This document shows, piece by piece, positions 35,504 through 45,844 of a DNA stretch of 64,000 bases; position 1 is the first letter of the stretch; each line of letters begins with the position of its first letter. The stretch is from Candidatus Aegiribacteria sp. (lineage in GTDB: Bacteria > Fermentibacterota > Fermentibacteria > Fermentibacterales > JCC-6): NCBI GenBank assembly GCA_023138735.1, contig JAGLOY010000085.1, positions 6,657 through 70,656 of the forward strand. Direction: 5' to 3'. The notes beneath the pieces are model-generated. The model was not told where the DNA came from, did not search any database, and saw only the letters and a list, made by a program, of their open reading frames with translations. A program made the translations under genes and the position numbers.

Positions 35504-36685
35504 CTAGTTGCTGATCGCATAAATTGTTATTCCAATTGAAACTAAAGACGTTACAAGCGAGATCAAAACCGCATTCCTGTTGAACCAGTTGTAATTAACG
35601 TTCACAACATCTCCGGGTAGAAGATGTGCATCTTCAGCGTTTCCGTCGAAAACAGCTTCCCGACCGTTCCTCTGAACGGTGATGCCGCTCCCGGCCATAC
35701 TCACAGTACCACCGGCCGTAACAATATAATCCCGAACAGTGCTCTCGGGATTGTAAGGCACGGAACCCGGAACAGCTACTGCCCCCCCAACCATGATCGA
35801 GTCTCTCAGAGAAACAAAAAATATCGTATCACCGGGAAGAAGTTCTGTACTTATGAAACCATCCTCCTGATCCCATACGGGTATACGGATCTCACCCCGG
35901 ATTACTCTGCAGTCAAGAAGGCTGATATTGCCTGTTACTCCGCCCATTCTGGCAAGGAGGGATTCGAAATCGTCGAACCGCTGCAATTCGCGTGTCTCAA
36001 TGCCACTCGCGGAACTGAGCAGGTATACAGGATTCTCACAGACATCGATAATGATACCTGCGTTATTGGTAAGAAACGGATTGGAAACGTAAGAAACGCT
36101 GCCCGGGTGAATATTAAGATCGATATAGAGCGTATCTCCGGATTCTGAATACATCGTTCCCCTGCGTGACCCGAAGGTTGAAATCCCGCCGGCCATGAGA
36201 ACAGCGTCAGAGACCCTGTTCAATGCTGTAAGTTGATATGTGCCCGGCTGATCCACCATACCACCCACGTTGACCCGTAACATCCTGGGTTCAATAAGGG
36301 ATAATGTAACGCGAACTGATGGATAGTAACCGGTCGCTTTTCTCTGGAGGGAGTGCTGAGCCTCATCGATAGTAATACCATTCACACTTACAGCACCAAT
36401 TCCGGATACCGACAGATAACCGTCTCCCCCAACAGTACATTGCGTCCAGGGGGAAACACCTGCACTCATAAGAATCTGACTGGACCCACCTTCCACTACA
36501 ACAGATACGATATCTCCAGGCCCAAGCACATAAGTACTTCTGTCCGCCAGTTCAAGAACGGTCGATTCCGTGTTCAGAAAATCCTGCTGCGTAAGCTGTT
36601 GCGCAGGCTGCAAAGGTGCACTTCCCAGGATTATCATCAATACTGTAATCAGCATATCAAACCTGTTTCCACTGTAAGATCGCAC
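35504..36685 (-). CDS. polysaccharide export protein (Wza-like; Poly_export + SLBB domains)
   Basis: YVLGPGDIVSVVV motif and repeated SLBB-like segments (VNVGGMVDQPGTYQL, VGGAVAVPGSVPY). Confidence 0.75.
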   Translation of the reverse strand: MRSYSGNRFDMLITVLMIILGSAPLQPAQQLTQQDFLNTESTVLELADRSTYVLGPGDIVSVVVEGGSSQILMSAGVSPWTQCTVGGDGYLSVSGIGAVSVNGITIDEAQHSLQRKATGYYPSVRVTLSLIEPRMLRVNVGGMVDQPGTYQLTALNRVSDAVLMAGGISTFGSRRGTMYSESGDTLYIDLNIHPGSVSYVSNPFLTNNAGIIIDVCENPVYLLSSASGIETRELQRFDDFESLLARMGGVTGNISLLDCRVIRGEIRIPVWDQEDGFISTELLPGDTIFFVSLRDSIMVGGAVAVPGSVPYNPESTVRDYIVTAGGTVSMAGSGITVQRNGREAVFDGNAEDAHLLPGDVVNVNYNWFNRNAVLISLVTSLVSIGITIYAISN

Positions 36686-36707
36686 TCATGAACAAATCCG
36701 CTCACTG

Positions 36708-37643
36708 CTACACCCTCAGTTTCTCTTTAAAATACTCGATTGTTCTACTCATGCCTTCTTCGAGTCCGATAACCGGCTTCCAGCCGAGTTTCTCCATGGC
36801 AAGGGAAATATCGGGCTTTCTAACTTTAGGGTCATCCTCCGGGAGTTCCCTGTGGACTATGGAGCTTTTCGAATCGATACGCTTCAGCACAAATTCCGCA
36901 AAATCTGAAATAGTCATTTCCTCCGGATTACCGATGTTCACGGGACCGGGAAAATCCGACTCCATTAATCGAATAAGGCCATCAACTGTATCTGTAACAT
37001 AACAGAAACTCCGCGTCTGGCTGCCGTTTCCGAATACTGTAAGATTCCTGCCCGATAATGCCTGAGAAATGAAAGCGGGTACTACGCGTCCGTCATCCGC
37101 TCTCATTCTCGGACCGTAAGTATTAAAGATTCTTGCGACCTTTGCGTTCAGACCATGATACCTTCTGTATGCGAAGGTTATCGCCTCAGCGAATCGTTTA
37201 GCCTCATCGTAAACACCTCTGGGCCCAACCGGATTCACATTGCCCCAGTAATCCTCCGTCTGAGGATGAACCAGGGGGTCTCCGTAAACCTCGCTTGTCG
37301 AAGCAAGAAGAAAACCCGCTTTCTTGACCAGCGCCAGACCGAGGGTTTTATGAGTACCGAGGGAACCCACCTTGAGGGTCTGTATGGGGTAGGTCAGATA
37401 GTCTATAGGGCTTGCAGGAGAGGCGAGATGGAAGATAAAATCAAGCTTTCCGTGTACAAAAATGTAGTTAGTTACATCATGGTGAATGAAGGAGAAATCT
37501 TCTCTGCCGGCAAATTGCGCGATATTGTCTGTTGTTCCAGTGAGCAGATTATCCATGGCCAGAACTTTGTGCCCGTCCAGCAGGAGCCGTTCGCAAAGGT
37601 GGCTGCCTATGAAACCCGCACCGCCGGTTACCAGAATCCTCAT
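36708..37643 (-). CDS. UDP-glucuronate decarboxylase (UDP-xylose synthase)-type SDR
   Basis: [23 protein letters not shown]...[36 protein letters not shown]. Confidence 0.85.
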   Translation of the reverse strand: MRILVTGGAGFIGSHLCERLLLDGHKVLAMDNLLTGTTDNIAQFAGREDFSFIHHDVTNYIFVHGKLDFIFHLASPASPIDYLTYPIQTLKVGSLGTHKTLGLALVKKAGFLLASTSEVYGDPLVHPQTEDYWGNVNPVGPRGVYDEAKRFAEAITFAYRRYHGLNAKVARIFNTYGPRMRADDGRVVPAFISQALSGRNLTVFGNGSQTRSFCYVTDTVDGLIRLMESDFPGPVNIGNPEEMTISDFAEFVLKRIDSKSSIVHRELPEDDPKVRKPDISLAMEKLGWKPVIGLEEGMSRTIEYFKEKLRV

Positions 37644-38665
37644 TCGCTCTCCCGAGAGTTTGTCAATCTGTCCTGATACATGGAAAGGTAATACTTCCTG
37701 AATTCACCGGACTTTATTCTCTGCCACCACTTAGTGTTCGCTCTGTACCAGTCTACAGTCTTTCTGAGACCTTCCTCGAAACCTGTGGAGGCCTTCCAGC
37801 CGATCTCGCTTTCGATAAGGCTTACATTCAGTGCGTATCTTCTATCATGACCGGGGCGGTCCTCAATATATCTTACAAGGTTCCTGTCGGCACCGGTAAT
37901 TTCCAGTATGGAAGAGGTGACTTCCATGTTAGTGTGCTCCTGTCCTGCTCCGATGTTGTATATCCTGCCCGGTTCAGATTTCTCAATAACCTTGATCAAC
38001 GCGTTGCAGTTATCCTCAACGAACAGCCAGTCTCTCCTGTTAAGACCATCCCCATATAGAGGAAGAGGCTCACCGGTCATGGCATTGGTAATAAACAGCG
38101 GTATAAGCTTCTCCGGGTACTGGAAGGGGCCGTAATTATTGGAAGCTCTGGTTACAGTTACCGGAATCCCGTACGTAGTCCAGTAACTCATGGCCAGAAG
38201 TTCGCCTCCGGCTTTCGAAGCAGCGTAAGGGCTTCTGGGCGCGAGTTGATCTGTTTCAACAGAATTTCCTTTTTCGACACTGCCATACACTTCATCCGTT
38301 GAAATCTGCAAAAAGAGTTGCCTGTCTTCCTTTCTGAATGCTTCCAGAAGAACTCTGACTCCCTCAATATCAGTCCGGACGAATGAAGAGGAATCATCTA
38401 TGGATCTGTCCACGTGGGTTTCCGCCGCGAAATTAACTACAGTATCGCACCCTTCCATTGCGTTTGAAACTGCTTCTTCATCGCAGATGTCTCCCTGAAT
38501 GAATTTGAATCGGGGATCAGTTTCAAGGTCTTCCAGATTCTCCCTTCTGCCGGCATACGTCAATTTATCAAGAACGGTAACCTCCCAGTCAGGCATGATC
38601 TTAAGAGCCATCCTGGTGAAGTTACTCCCGATAAAACCCGCTCCTCCGGTAACCAGTAATCTCAT
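37640..38665 (-). CDS. rfbB: dTDP-glucose 4,6-dehydratase
   Basis: [50 protein letters not shown]. Confidence 0.9.
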   Translation of the reverse strand: MRLLVTGGAGFIGSNFTRMALKIMPDWEVTVLDKLTYAGRRENLEDLETDPRFKFIQGDICDEEAVSNAMEGCDTVVNFAAETHVDRSIDDSSSFVRTDIEGVRVLLEAFRKEDRQLFLQISTDEVYGSVEKGNSVETDQLAPRSPYAASKAGGELLAMSYWTTYGIPVTVTRASNNYGPFQYPEKLIPLFITNAMTGEPLPLYGDGLNRRDWLFVEDNCNALIKVIEKSEPGRIYNIGAGQEHTNMEVTSSILEITGADRNLVRYIEDRPGHDRRYALNVSLIESEIGWKASTGFEEGLRKTVDWYRANTKWWQRIKSGEFRKYYLSMYQDRLTNSRESE

Positions 38666-39396
38666 GAAGGATCTCCCCCGCGAAGTTCTCTTGCCATGAT
38701 TCCCGCCTGCAGAAGGCCATCAATACTGCACCCGGAATCAGCCCACCATCCGCAAATGATCTCAGCATGAAGCTTGTTTAGATTCAGGTAGGCGTTGTTG
38801 ATGTCCGTTACTTCAAGCTCACCCCTGGCAGATGGTTCAAGGCTGTCGATAACCTCGAATACGAAGCTATCATACATGTAAACACCTATCACGGCATAAC
38901 TGCTTCTGGGTATCTCCGGCTTCTCCTCAATCGAGACCACCCTGGTACCGTCCAGCTCCGCTACACCGTAATCACTGGGGTTATCAACTTTCTTAAGGAG
39001 GATTCTAGCGCCGTCTTCCTGATCCTCAAAAGCAGTCACTTTTTCGGCGAGTGAGTCCTCAAGGATATTATCACCCAGGATAACGACGAATTTATCCCCC
39101 CCTATAAAAGTCTTTGTAAGACCTATAGCTTCGGCAATTCCTCCCTCGTTAACCTGGTAGGCATAGTTAAGGGTATTAAGCCCGAATTCTGATCCATCCC
39201 CCAGCAACCTCAGGAAATCACCGGCGCTGTCTCCTCCGGTAACCAGCATAACATCCTTTATCCCGGCTTCGGCAAGTTTCTGAATCGGATAAAATATCAT
39301 CGGCTGATCGTAAACTGGCAGAAGATGTTTGTTAGTTATACTTGTTAAAGGCCGCAGCCTGGAACCAAGCCCGCCTGCAAGCACAACACCTTTCAT
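38662..39396 (-). CDS. rfbA: glucose-1-phosphate thymidylyltransferase-like sugar nucleotidyltransferase (short form)
   Basis: MKGVVLAGGLGSRLRPLTSITNKHLLPV. 4-nt overlap with rfbB. Confidence 0.75.
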   Translation of the reverse strand: MKGVVLAGGLGSRLRPLTSITNKHLLPVYDQPMIFYPIQKLAEAGIKDVMLVTGGDSAGDFLRLLGDGSEFGLNTLNYAYQVNEGGIAEAIGLTKTFIGGDKFVVILGDNILEDSLAEKVTAFEDQEDGARILLKKVDNPSDYGVAELDGTRVVSIEEKPEIPRSSYAVIGVYMYDSFVFEVIDSLEPSARGELEVTDINNAYLNLNKLHAEIICGWWADSGCSIDGLLQAGIMARELRGGDPS

Positions 39397-39438
39397 ATTC
39401 GATCCTCTTCCTGCTTTTGGAGCATGTCCGACACACTC

Positions 39439-41613
39439 CTATCGTACAATTGCCAGCTTAATAAATCTGTGATCGCTGTTCTGTGATATCTGGACTATGT
39501 AAGTCCCGGATGCTGCAAAATTTCCGTCCATATCATATCCATCCCACGAGAATACGTTCCTGTGCTGTGACAGGGACTCATAAACAAGTTCTCCCGTCAG
39601 GTCAAACAGACGGATATCAAATAATTCATCCGGTAATCCTGCTACACCGAGAACCTGTCCGTCTCCTGGTATGAAGGGGTTTGGATAGACAGTTGCAGTC
39701 CCAATGCTGCCGCTCATACCCTGTTCGAGTGTAAGTTTCCACAAGCCATGATCGGTTACAATGTAAAGAAGTCCATTATTAAAATCACAGGCAGCGCTTC
39801 GAATATCAAGAGACTGAAGAGGTGAGTTAAGTGTATTGTACTCCTCAATCGTCCCATCGGGATAAATCCTGAAAAGCCCTTCACTTGATGCTGCCCACAG
39901 GCAGGACAGATTATCAAAGCAGAGCACGGATACATTACCGGTGATCTGCTCAACGTCAGTAATGGTCTCGTTATCAATGTCTAAAAAAACAAGCCCCCCT
40001 GTTGTACCAATATAGAGCCTGCCATCTCTTGAGGCTGCCAGAGCCTGAATATCCTCCGAAGGAAGACCACCGCTGGTTCCAACGGATAGCAGCACCTGCC
40101 CCGTCTGGATATTCGCTTTTACAAGCCCCTCTTTACTGCCCATCCAGGCTATCATGGGTGATGATGTTACTTCTAGCGATCTTACGTCTCCGGAGGGAAG
40201 TCCATCGGAGGGTTCAAAGGTCCTCCATGATTCGGTTTCTGTTTGGCCTGGTACCCAGTAAAGTCTACAGACGCCACTGGGTTCGGATGGTGTCTGCCAG
40301 TATGCTTCCTGGGCAAACCACACTTCTCCTGTCGGGGAAATCGCCATCTCCGCTATCTGATTATTCAGCAGTCCGCTGTTCTCAGTATTCAGGTTAAGGT
40401 AAATATCATCGCTTCGCTCGGGTGTCCCGTTCCAGTCGAGCCAGGTTACACCCTGATGCCATGGGGCAATGAAAACGCCGCCAGAATGGTCTGCCATACA
40501 TGCAAACACCTGGTTTACACTCGACAGTTCGTTCATGAACTGATGCCAATCGTACTCGCTGTAAACCGCAGCACCTCTTCTGTTGCTTGTCACCCATACA
40601 TCATCTCTTGAATCCACATCAACCGCATAAAGATCGTTTGATGGAGCGCTCTTTGGCCATGAAGAAACCCAGGAGTTCAACGTACCTATTCCGATCCCGT
40701 TACCGCTGGCTCTGTTAACCGCATAAACAGAGTTCTGTCCGATTGCCAGCTGGTTACTTGAGATCCAGCTGATAGCCTGTATCACCTGGCTTTCCAGACC
40801 AGTGAATCCGGAAGTCCATAGCGATCCGTCGAATATTGCTACATTCTCGTCGCCTCCCACTGCAAGAAGTCCATTGAATTGCGCGAGACAAACTGGATAG
40901 ATGCCTGGATATGAACCGTCTAATATCCAGTTCTGGCCAGCTGTCAGGTAGAAAAGACCATCCGTTGAAGCTGCCCAGACTGTATCACCCGCTACCAGAA
41001 TATCCTGAATAATGGTATTCGCTACGACCGGGAAGTTCAGCCAGGAGTCGGGCTGTCCGGGGTGTTGGCCCGACCGAAGCATGACCAGACCGTCAGCAGT
41101 TCCAACGAAGAGGCCGGAATCAACACTCGCAACACAATTAATGATATTCGAAGGCAATCCGCCACCAGTTGTGAATTCAGTCCAGACCTCGAAATATCCG
41201 AACTCCTTGCTGCACAACCCTTCTGTAGTGCCGACCCAGATGGTTGTCTCGGGGAGTATACAGTTGATAGCAAGTGATATGGGCAATCCCTCAAGTTGTC
41301 CGTAGTGCTGGATCCCGCCCGAAACCAGACCCACATCAATACCGCCTCCATATGTCCCGACCCAGAGGTTTCCGAAAGAATCTCTGGCAAGGCACCTCGC
41401 ATCACTGTGCGAAAGATTTCCAGGACTGGTCCAGGTTGAATCCCAGACCATGGAGCCTTCCTTAATCGAACCAAAGATAACACCGCCGGTGGTTGCTCCA
41501 GTCACCGAAGAACCCTCTACGAGGATATCACTGACTCCGCCAAAATGTGTATAGTGGTTCCAATCGGTAATTCTGCCAGTCAGGCTGATAATGAACATCA
41601 TCAGCAGGGTCAT
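39439..41613 (-). CDS. secreted two-component-regulator-propeller (Reg_prop) repeat protein with FlgD-Ig/T9SS-type C-terminal domain
   Basis: Repeated W/Y-x-GT-x-GL blades (LWVGTYGGGI, IWVGTTEGL, LYIGTTGGLVFL). C-terminus VYPNPF...GTYIVQI...KLAIVR. Start set at ATG 41613 (GGGAGG RBS, ATGA overlap) rather than 41631. Confidence 0.75.
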   Translation of the reverse strand: MTLLMMFIISLTGRITDWNHYTHFGGVSDILVEGSSVTGATTGGVIFGSIKEGSMVWDSTWTSPGNLSHSDARCLARDSFGNLWVGTYGGGIDVGLVSGGIQHYGQLEGLPISLAINCILPETTIWVGTTEGLCSKEFGYFEVWTEFTTGGGLPSNIINCVASVDSGLFVGTADGLVMLRSGQHPGQPDSWLNFPVVANTIIQDILVAGDTVWAASTDGLFYLTAGQNWILDGSYPGIYPVCLAQFNGLLAVGGDENVAIFDGSLWTSGFTGLESQVIQAISWISSNQLAIGQNSVYAVNRASGNGIGIGTLNSWVSSWPKSAPSNDLYAVDVDSRDDVWVTSNRRGAAVYSEYDWHQFMNELSSVNQVFACMADHSGGVFIAPWHQGVTWLDWNGTPERSDDIYLNLNTENSGLLNNQIAEMAISPTGEVWFAQEAYWQTPSEPSGVCRLYWVPGQTETESWRTFEPSDGLPSGDVRSLEVTSSPMIAWMGSKEGLVKANIQTGQVLLSVGTSGGLPSEDIQALAASRDGRLYIGTTGGLVFLDIDNETITDVEQITGNVSVLCFDNLSCLWAASSEGLFRIYPDGTIEEYNTLNSPLQSLDIRSAACDFNNGLLYIVTDHGLWKLTLEQGMSGSIGTATVYPNPFIPGDGQVLGVAGLPDELFDIRLFDLTGELVYESLSQHRNVFSWDGYDMDGNFAASGTYIVQISQNSDHRFIKLAIVR

Positions 41614-42560
41614 ATTATTGCCTCCCACCATGAGAATAGTTTTCGAAGACCCTCAATTCTGTCAACCTCGGGTTTCCATCCCGTAAGGGATCGAAGCCTT
41701 GAGGGATCACCCACCTGGAATTCAACATCCACGGGTCTGAAAAGATCAGGGTCTGTTTTAAGTTCAATATCCGTTCCGGAGATATCAATGAGTATTCTGA
41801 CCATGTCAGCTATACTGATGCCTGTACCTGAGCAAATATTATATACACTTCCCGATTGGCCTCGGCTCAGAATGTGCCTGTAGGCGCGTGCCACATCGGT
41901 TACATACAGATAGTCCCTTACGGGATTAAGGTTTCCGACTCGAATGATGCTGTCCCCATTCTGGAGTGTATTGATGATTCTTCTGCAGAATGATGGTAAA
42001 GCAAAATTCCCGGATTGTCCCGGACCAAAGTGGGGAAATGCGCGGGTGACTACAATATCAAGATCGTAATTCCGAGCGAATTGAAAAGCAGCAATTTCAG
42101 CTGCAGCCTTTGTTGCTCCATAAGGATTCCCGGGACCTATTTCGCAATTCTCAGAAATAAGATCATCCGCTGACTTGTATACCTCTGATGAACTTGCAAG
42201 AAGCATCTTAGCCCCGGGGCATTTTGAAACCATGTATTCGAGGACCGATATGGTTCCCATGAGATTGATCTCATAAACCTTGTGTATTTCCTTCAGGGAT
42301 TTTGAAACCGAACTCATTGCCGCAAGATGAATGATGTATCGCACGCATCCAAGTTCCGGAGGCGGCGGGGAGGGAAGACTCCATCTGATTTTCGAAACCC
42401 CCTCGGGAGCTTCAAAATCTGAGTCTATATCTACAGCAATATCACCATCTCCCATGCCCAGTTCTTTCATGAGATGGTAACCCATAAATCCTGCTGCGCC
42501 GGTTACAAGGATAGGTCCGGGTTCGGGGCTGATTACTTCGCGGTGGAGCGTATCAGACAT
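41610..42560 (-). CDS. NAD-dependent sugar epimerase/dehydratase/reductase (SDR)
   Basis: ILVTGAAGFMGYHL, SSSEVY, YGATKAAAE. Confidence 0.8.
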   Translation of the reverse strand: MSDTLHREVISPEPGPILVTGAAGFMGYHLMKELGMGDGDIAVDIDSDFEAPEGVSKIRWSLPSPPPPELGCVRYIIHLAAMSSVSKSLKEIHKVYEINLMGTISVLEYMVSKCPGAKMLLASSSEVYKSADDLISENCEIGPGNPYGATKAAAEIAAFQFARNYDLDIVVTRAFPHFGPGQSGNFALPSFCRRIINTLQNGDSIIRVGNLNPVRDYLYVTDVARAYRHILSRGQSGSVYNICSGTGISIADMVRILIDISGTDIELKTDPDLFRPVDVEFQVGDPSRLRSLTGWKPEVDRIEGLRKLFSWWEAII

Positions 42561-42563
42561 CGT

Positions 42564-43490
42564 TCAATTCCTCCGGCCAAGATACCGTATTTCCTCTTTG
42601 AGCAGCACTCCGCTGCTAGAGAGGACAGATTCCCGGACAATATCAATAAGTTCCGCTATTTCATCAGATGTTGCTTTTCCGGTATTAATAATGAAATTTG
42701 CATGTCTTCTTGAAACCTCTGCGCCACCGACAGTTCTCCCTTTTAATCCAGCATCTTCAATGAGCTTACCGGGGGATATTCTGTCAGCGGGTTTCCTGAA
42801 TACACTTCCTGCGTTGGGGTGCTGAAGAGGAAATTTCTTTCTGCGCAGCTCCAGAATTCTCTTTCCTTCGGAACGGAGAACAGAAGAATCACCGAGCCCA
42901 AGCGACATCGTTACACCTGTTATAACCGTTCTCTCTTTCTGAAATCTGCTGGATCTGTATGCAAAACAGCATTCTTCTACTGGTATAATGTTCGCAGAAC
43001 CTCTGTAATCTAATACCGTAACACTTTTCAGAAAATCAGCAAGAGAATTTCCGTATGCCCCGGCATTCATAAATACTGCTCCGCCCACTGTACCGGGAAT
43101 ACCTATTGCGAATTCCAGCCCGGAAGCTCCCCTGCTGCAGGCAGCCCCTGACAGCGACGGCAGATGAACACCAGCACCAATTCTGAGATCCCATCTATTC
43201 CCGGAGCGATGCCATTCAGTCCGGGCCAAGCCCCCCGAGAGCCTGATAATTACTTCGCTGCAGCCAGCGTCTGAAGCCAGTACATTCGACCCCAGGCCGA
43301 GAATGAACCAGGGAATTCCTTCTCTTGCTGTCAGACCAAGCAGGTCTGCAAGCATCCCTATTGTAGTCACAGTTATGCAGACAGCCGGTCCTCCAGTGTG
43401 CCATGTTGTCAGTTCTCTAAGCTGCAGGATATCAACATCTCCGGGGAAATTCTCGCTGAGTATTCTGAAAACCGGTTCTATGCTATTCAA
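42564..43490 (-). CDS. murB: UDP-N-acetylenolpyruvoylglucosamine reductase
   Basis: LRELTTWHTGGPA, ILGLGSNVL, IPGTVGGAVFMNAGAYG, NAGSVFRKP, HANFIIN. Start placed at TTG 43490 (gives about 308 aa). The maximal ORF to 43622 overlaps the upstream GT2 gene by 140 nt. Confidence 0.8.
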   Translation of the reverse strand: MNSIEPVFRILSENFPGDVDILQLRELTTWHTGGPAVCITVTTIGMLADLLGLTAREGIPWFILGLGSNVLASDAGCSEVIIRLSGGLARTEWHRSGNRWDLRIGAGVHLPSLSGAACSRGASGLEFAIGIPGTVGGAVFMNAGAYGNSLADFLKSVTVLDYRGSANIIPVEECCFAYRSSRFQKERTVITGVTMSLGLGDSSVLRSEGKRILELRRKKFPLQHPNAGSVFRKPADRISPGKLIEDAGLKGRTVGGAEVSRRHANFIINTGKATSDEIAELIDIVRESVLSSSGVLLKEEIRYLGRRN

Positions 43491-44427
43491 AATTCCTGCC
43501 TGACAACCCCAGCAGACATCCGCCGACTGAGAGGTAAGTAAATAGAAAAACGGGCTTCCCGAATTTCTCCATCCACCGCAGCACACACCTGTAGACAGGA
43601 TGAAGAAGGGCAAGCTTGACAAGTACTCTCATAGCCACAGCTGCCGGGTTTGACGGCTTTGAGAAAACCGGGTTAATCCAGCTGCTCCCAAGGAGACCTT
43701 CCGCCTCGGGGATTTTACCAAGAGTATATTTCAATCCCGAGCCGCCGTACTCAACCATTTTCCTTGAATGATCACGGACAGTGACAGTGTCAAGATGGTA
43801 CACTTTCAGATCAGGGTCCCAATACAGGGATACACCCTTCCGGGCCAGCCTGAATCCGAATTCGGTATCCTCTCCTCCGTAGCGGTCGATTGCCGGATCG
43901 AAACCTCCGGTTTGGCGGAGAAGTGATGTCTTCAGGCTGACGTTGCCTGTGACGAAATACTTCGGAGGAAAAAGCCCGGCAGCTCTACCGCCCATGCCCC
44001 TTGTATCGAACCACCGCTGCCAGGGAGAAGCGTCTTCCATCCAGCTGTTTGTTCTGGTTCCCATTATCACATCCCCGGAATTCCGTCTATGCCGTTCAAT
44101 GTGTTTCAATAGAATATCTTCAGGAAATCTTATATCAGCGTCCGAAAGGAACGATACAGGCGCAGTAGCAGCATGCCATCCGGTGTTTCTTGCAATTGGT
44201 CTGTTTCCGCCGCTTTTCATGCGGATTATCTCAATCCGCACAGTATCGGGAAAACTAAGGTCGAAATCATCTTCTACAGGAATTCTGCTTCCATCATCGA
44301 TTATTATCAGCTCCCATGGGATTCCACCCGTATCCTGTTTTCGGAGGCTCCCCAGGCATTCGCGAAAATCATCACCGCCGTCCTTAACGGGAATCTGCAG
44401 GGATATTTCAGGCTTCATTAAAAGCAC
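43483..44427 (-). CDS. family 2 glycosyltransferase
   Basis: SLQIPVKDGG, ELIIIDDGS, SDADIRF. Confidence 0.8.
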   Translation of the reverse strand: MLLMKPEISLQIPVKDGGDDFRECLGSLRKQDTGGIPWELIIIDDGSRIPVEDDFDLSFPDTVRIEIIRMKSGGNRPIARNTGWHAATAPVSFLSDADIRFPEDILLKHIERHRRNSGDVIMGTRTNSWMEDASPWQRWFDTRGMGGRAAGLFPPKYFVTGNVSLKTSLLRQTGGFDPAIDRYGGEDTEFGFRLARKGVSLYWDPDLKVYHLDTVTVRDHSRKMVEYGGSGLKYTLGKIPEAEGLLGSSWINPVFSKPSNPAAVAMRVLVKLALLHPVYRCVLRWMEKFGKPVFLFTYLSVGGCLLGLSGRNFE

Positions 44428-45844
44428 TTCCCTCCAGACGTGTACCCATGGATCTGAGAAAACCTATCCCAAAAACAGTAATAAGCGTAGCAGCAAGGAC
44501 GATTATCCCTCTGAGACCGGGATTCAGGTTTGCCATGGGACCAAAAGCGATCGGGGGCAGTACAGTCAGCACGACCACAAAGAAACTTATCGGAAACACC
44601 TTTCTTCCAAGCCAGAAAAGACTGAGAGCCATAAACAGGTTCGTCCCGAGGGTGGCAAAAGCCGCTCCGAGGGCTCCTGCAACCGGTATCAGGCGGAAGT
44701 TGAATCCAATATTCAGCATCGCTCCGAACAGGGTCATTCCCGCAATGTACCTGGTCTGCCCGGTAAGCAGACACCCTGTCTGGGAAATAAGGAACAGCCC
44801 ATAAAGCGCTACCGCTCCTGCAAGGGTCGGAAGGACCCTCAGGGCCGGAAGGAACTGCCCGCCGCCAACGAGAGGAACAATCCATGGAGAGGACATCGCC
44901 AGAATCAGAGAGCCCCAGTTCACAAGCAGCATGAAAAGCAGCCCCGCTCTTCCAAGCTCAGCCAGGGTGCCCCCGGTTCTTTTTTTCCTGAATATGAATC
45001 GTTTCCATGCCATATTGAAACCCAGTATCATTGGCATCAGAACAAGGCAGGCTCTGCTGGCCCATTCGTAATATCCGCTCTGGGCCATATCTGGAAGGAT
45101 GCTTCTCAGCATGAACATATCAGCTGAAGATAGAATTATCATTGAAAGGGTGGCCGGGATGAGCGGAAGACTGAATCCAAGAATTTCTTTCGTAAGTCCT
45201 TCGGGACTCTTCAGCTTTTTCGAACTCGCGGTTTTCTTCCACATCAGTACTACCGCAACGAAGGCTATAAGGAATGAGGGCGCCCATCTTGCGGTCATGA
45301 ACGTCGGTATCGTATCCATACTCCCTGAATAAAGCAGAAGAGCCAGAAGCCCAAGAGCCATTACTCCTCTTATTAGCTGGAGTATCAGATATCTTCCGGC
45401 AAGACCATCGGCTCTGGGAATGGAAAGAGCTATCTGTACGTATGCAATACCGGTTCCCAGTAGAATGGCATGAAGCAGGTAATCAGGATATTGCAGTTTG
45501 AGGAAGGATTTCAGAAACCCCTGCAGGAGCAGAACTGCCCCTACCATCAGAATCGTGGGAATCACCGGGAATGTTATTCCTCTTAATAGAACGGCTCTGT
45601 GCTGTGTTGTTCTATGCCATGATCTGATGAGCGCTGTTGGAAGCCCCAGGACAACAATGCCGGCAATGGCTTCCGCAAGTATTCTGAGTATGCCAAGTTC
45701 CCCTGCGGCATCTGCCGTAAGGTATTGGGAGATAAACGGCAGGAATGCCACCTGAATCATTCCGCTGAAAACCATTGCAAGGGCGTAGAATGCGGACTCC
45801 CGCGTAAGATCCCTGCTATGCTCAGATATGGACTGCTCAGCCAT
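44408..45844 (-). CDS. wzx: polysaccharide flippase (Wzx / MOP superfamily)
   Basis: About 12-14 TM helices and locus context. Start set at ATG 45844 (8-nt overlap with the upstream gene) rather than the track start at 45973. Confidence 0.7.
   Translation of the reverse strand: MAEQSISEHSRDLTRESAFYALAMVFSGMIQVAFLPFISQYLTADAAGELGILRILAEAIAGIVVLGLPTALIRSWHRTTQHRAVLLRGITFPVIPTILMVGAVLLLQGFLKSFLKLQYPDYLLHAILLGTGIAYVQIALSIPRADGLAGRYLILQLIRGVMALGLLALLLYSGSMDTIPTFMTARWAPSFLIAFVAVVLMWKKTASSKKLKSPEGLTKEILGFSLPLIPATLSMIILSSADMFMLRSILPDMAQSGYYEWASRACLVLMPMILGFNMAWKRFIFRKKRTGGTLAELGRAGLLFMLLVNWGSLILAMSSPWIVPLVGGGQFLPALRVLPTLAGAVALYGLFLISQTGCLLTGQTRYIAGMTLFGAMLNIGFNFRLIPVAGALGAAFATLGTNLFMALSLFWLGRKVFPISFFVVVLTVLPPIAFGPMANLNPGLRGIIVLAATLITVFGIGFLRSMGTRLEGSAFNEA

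Noticed and set aside
43491-43622. N-terminal extension of the murB ORF to the ATG at 43622.
   Set aside because: It would overlap the upstream GT2 gene by 140 nt and add about 44 non-conserved residues. A TTG at 43490 gives a MurB of typical length. The choice of start remains uncertain.
43943-45127. Long plus-strand ORF (394 aa) in the track.
   Set aside because: It lies entirely antisense to the well-supported GT2 (43483-44427) and wzx (44408-45844) genes. Its translation is low-complexity and Ser/Pro/Arg/Lys-rich with no motif, which is typical of a shadow ORF in GC-richer DNA.
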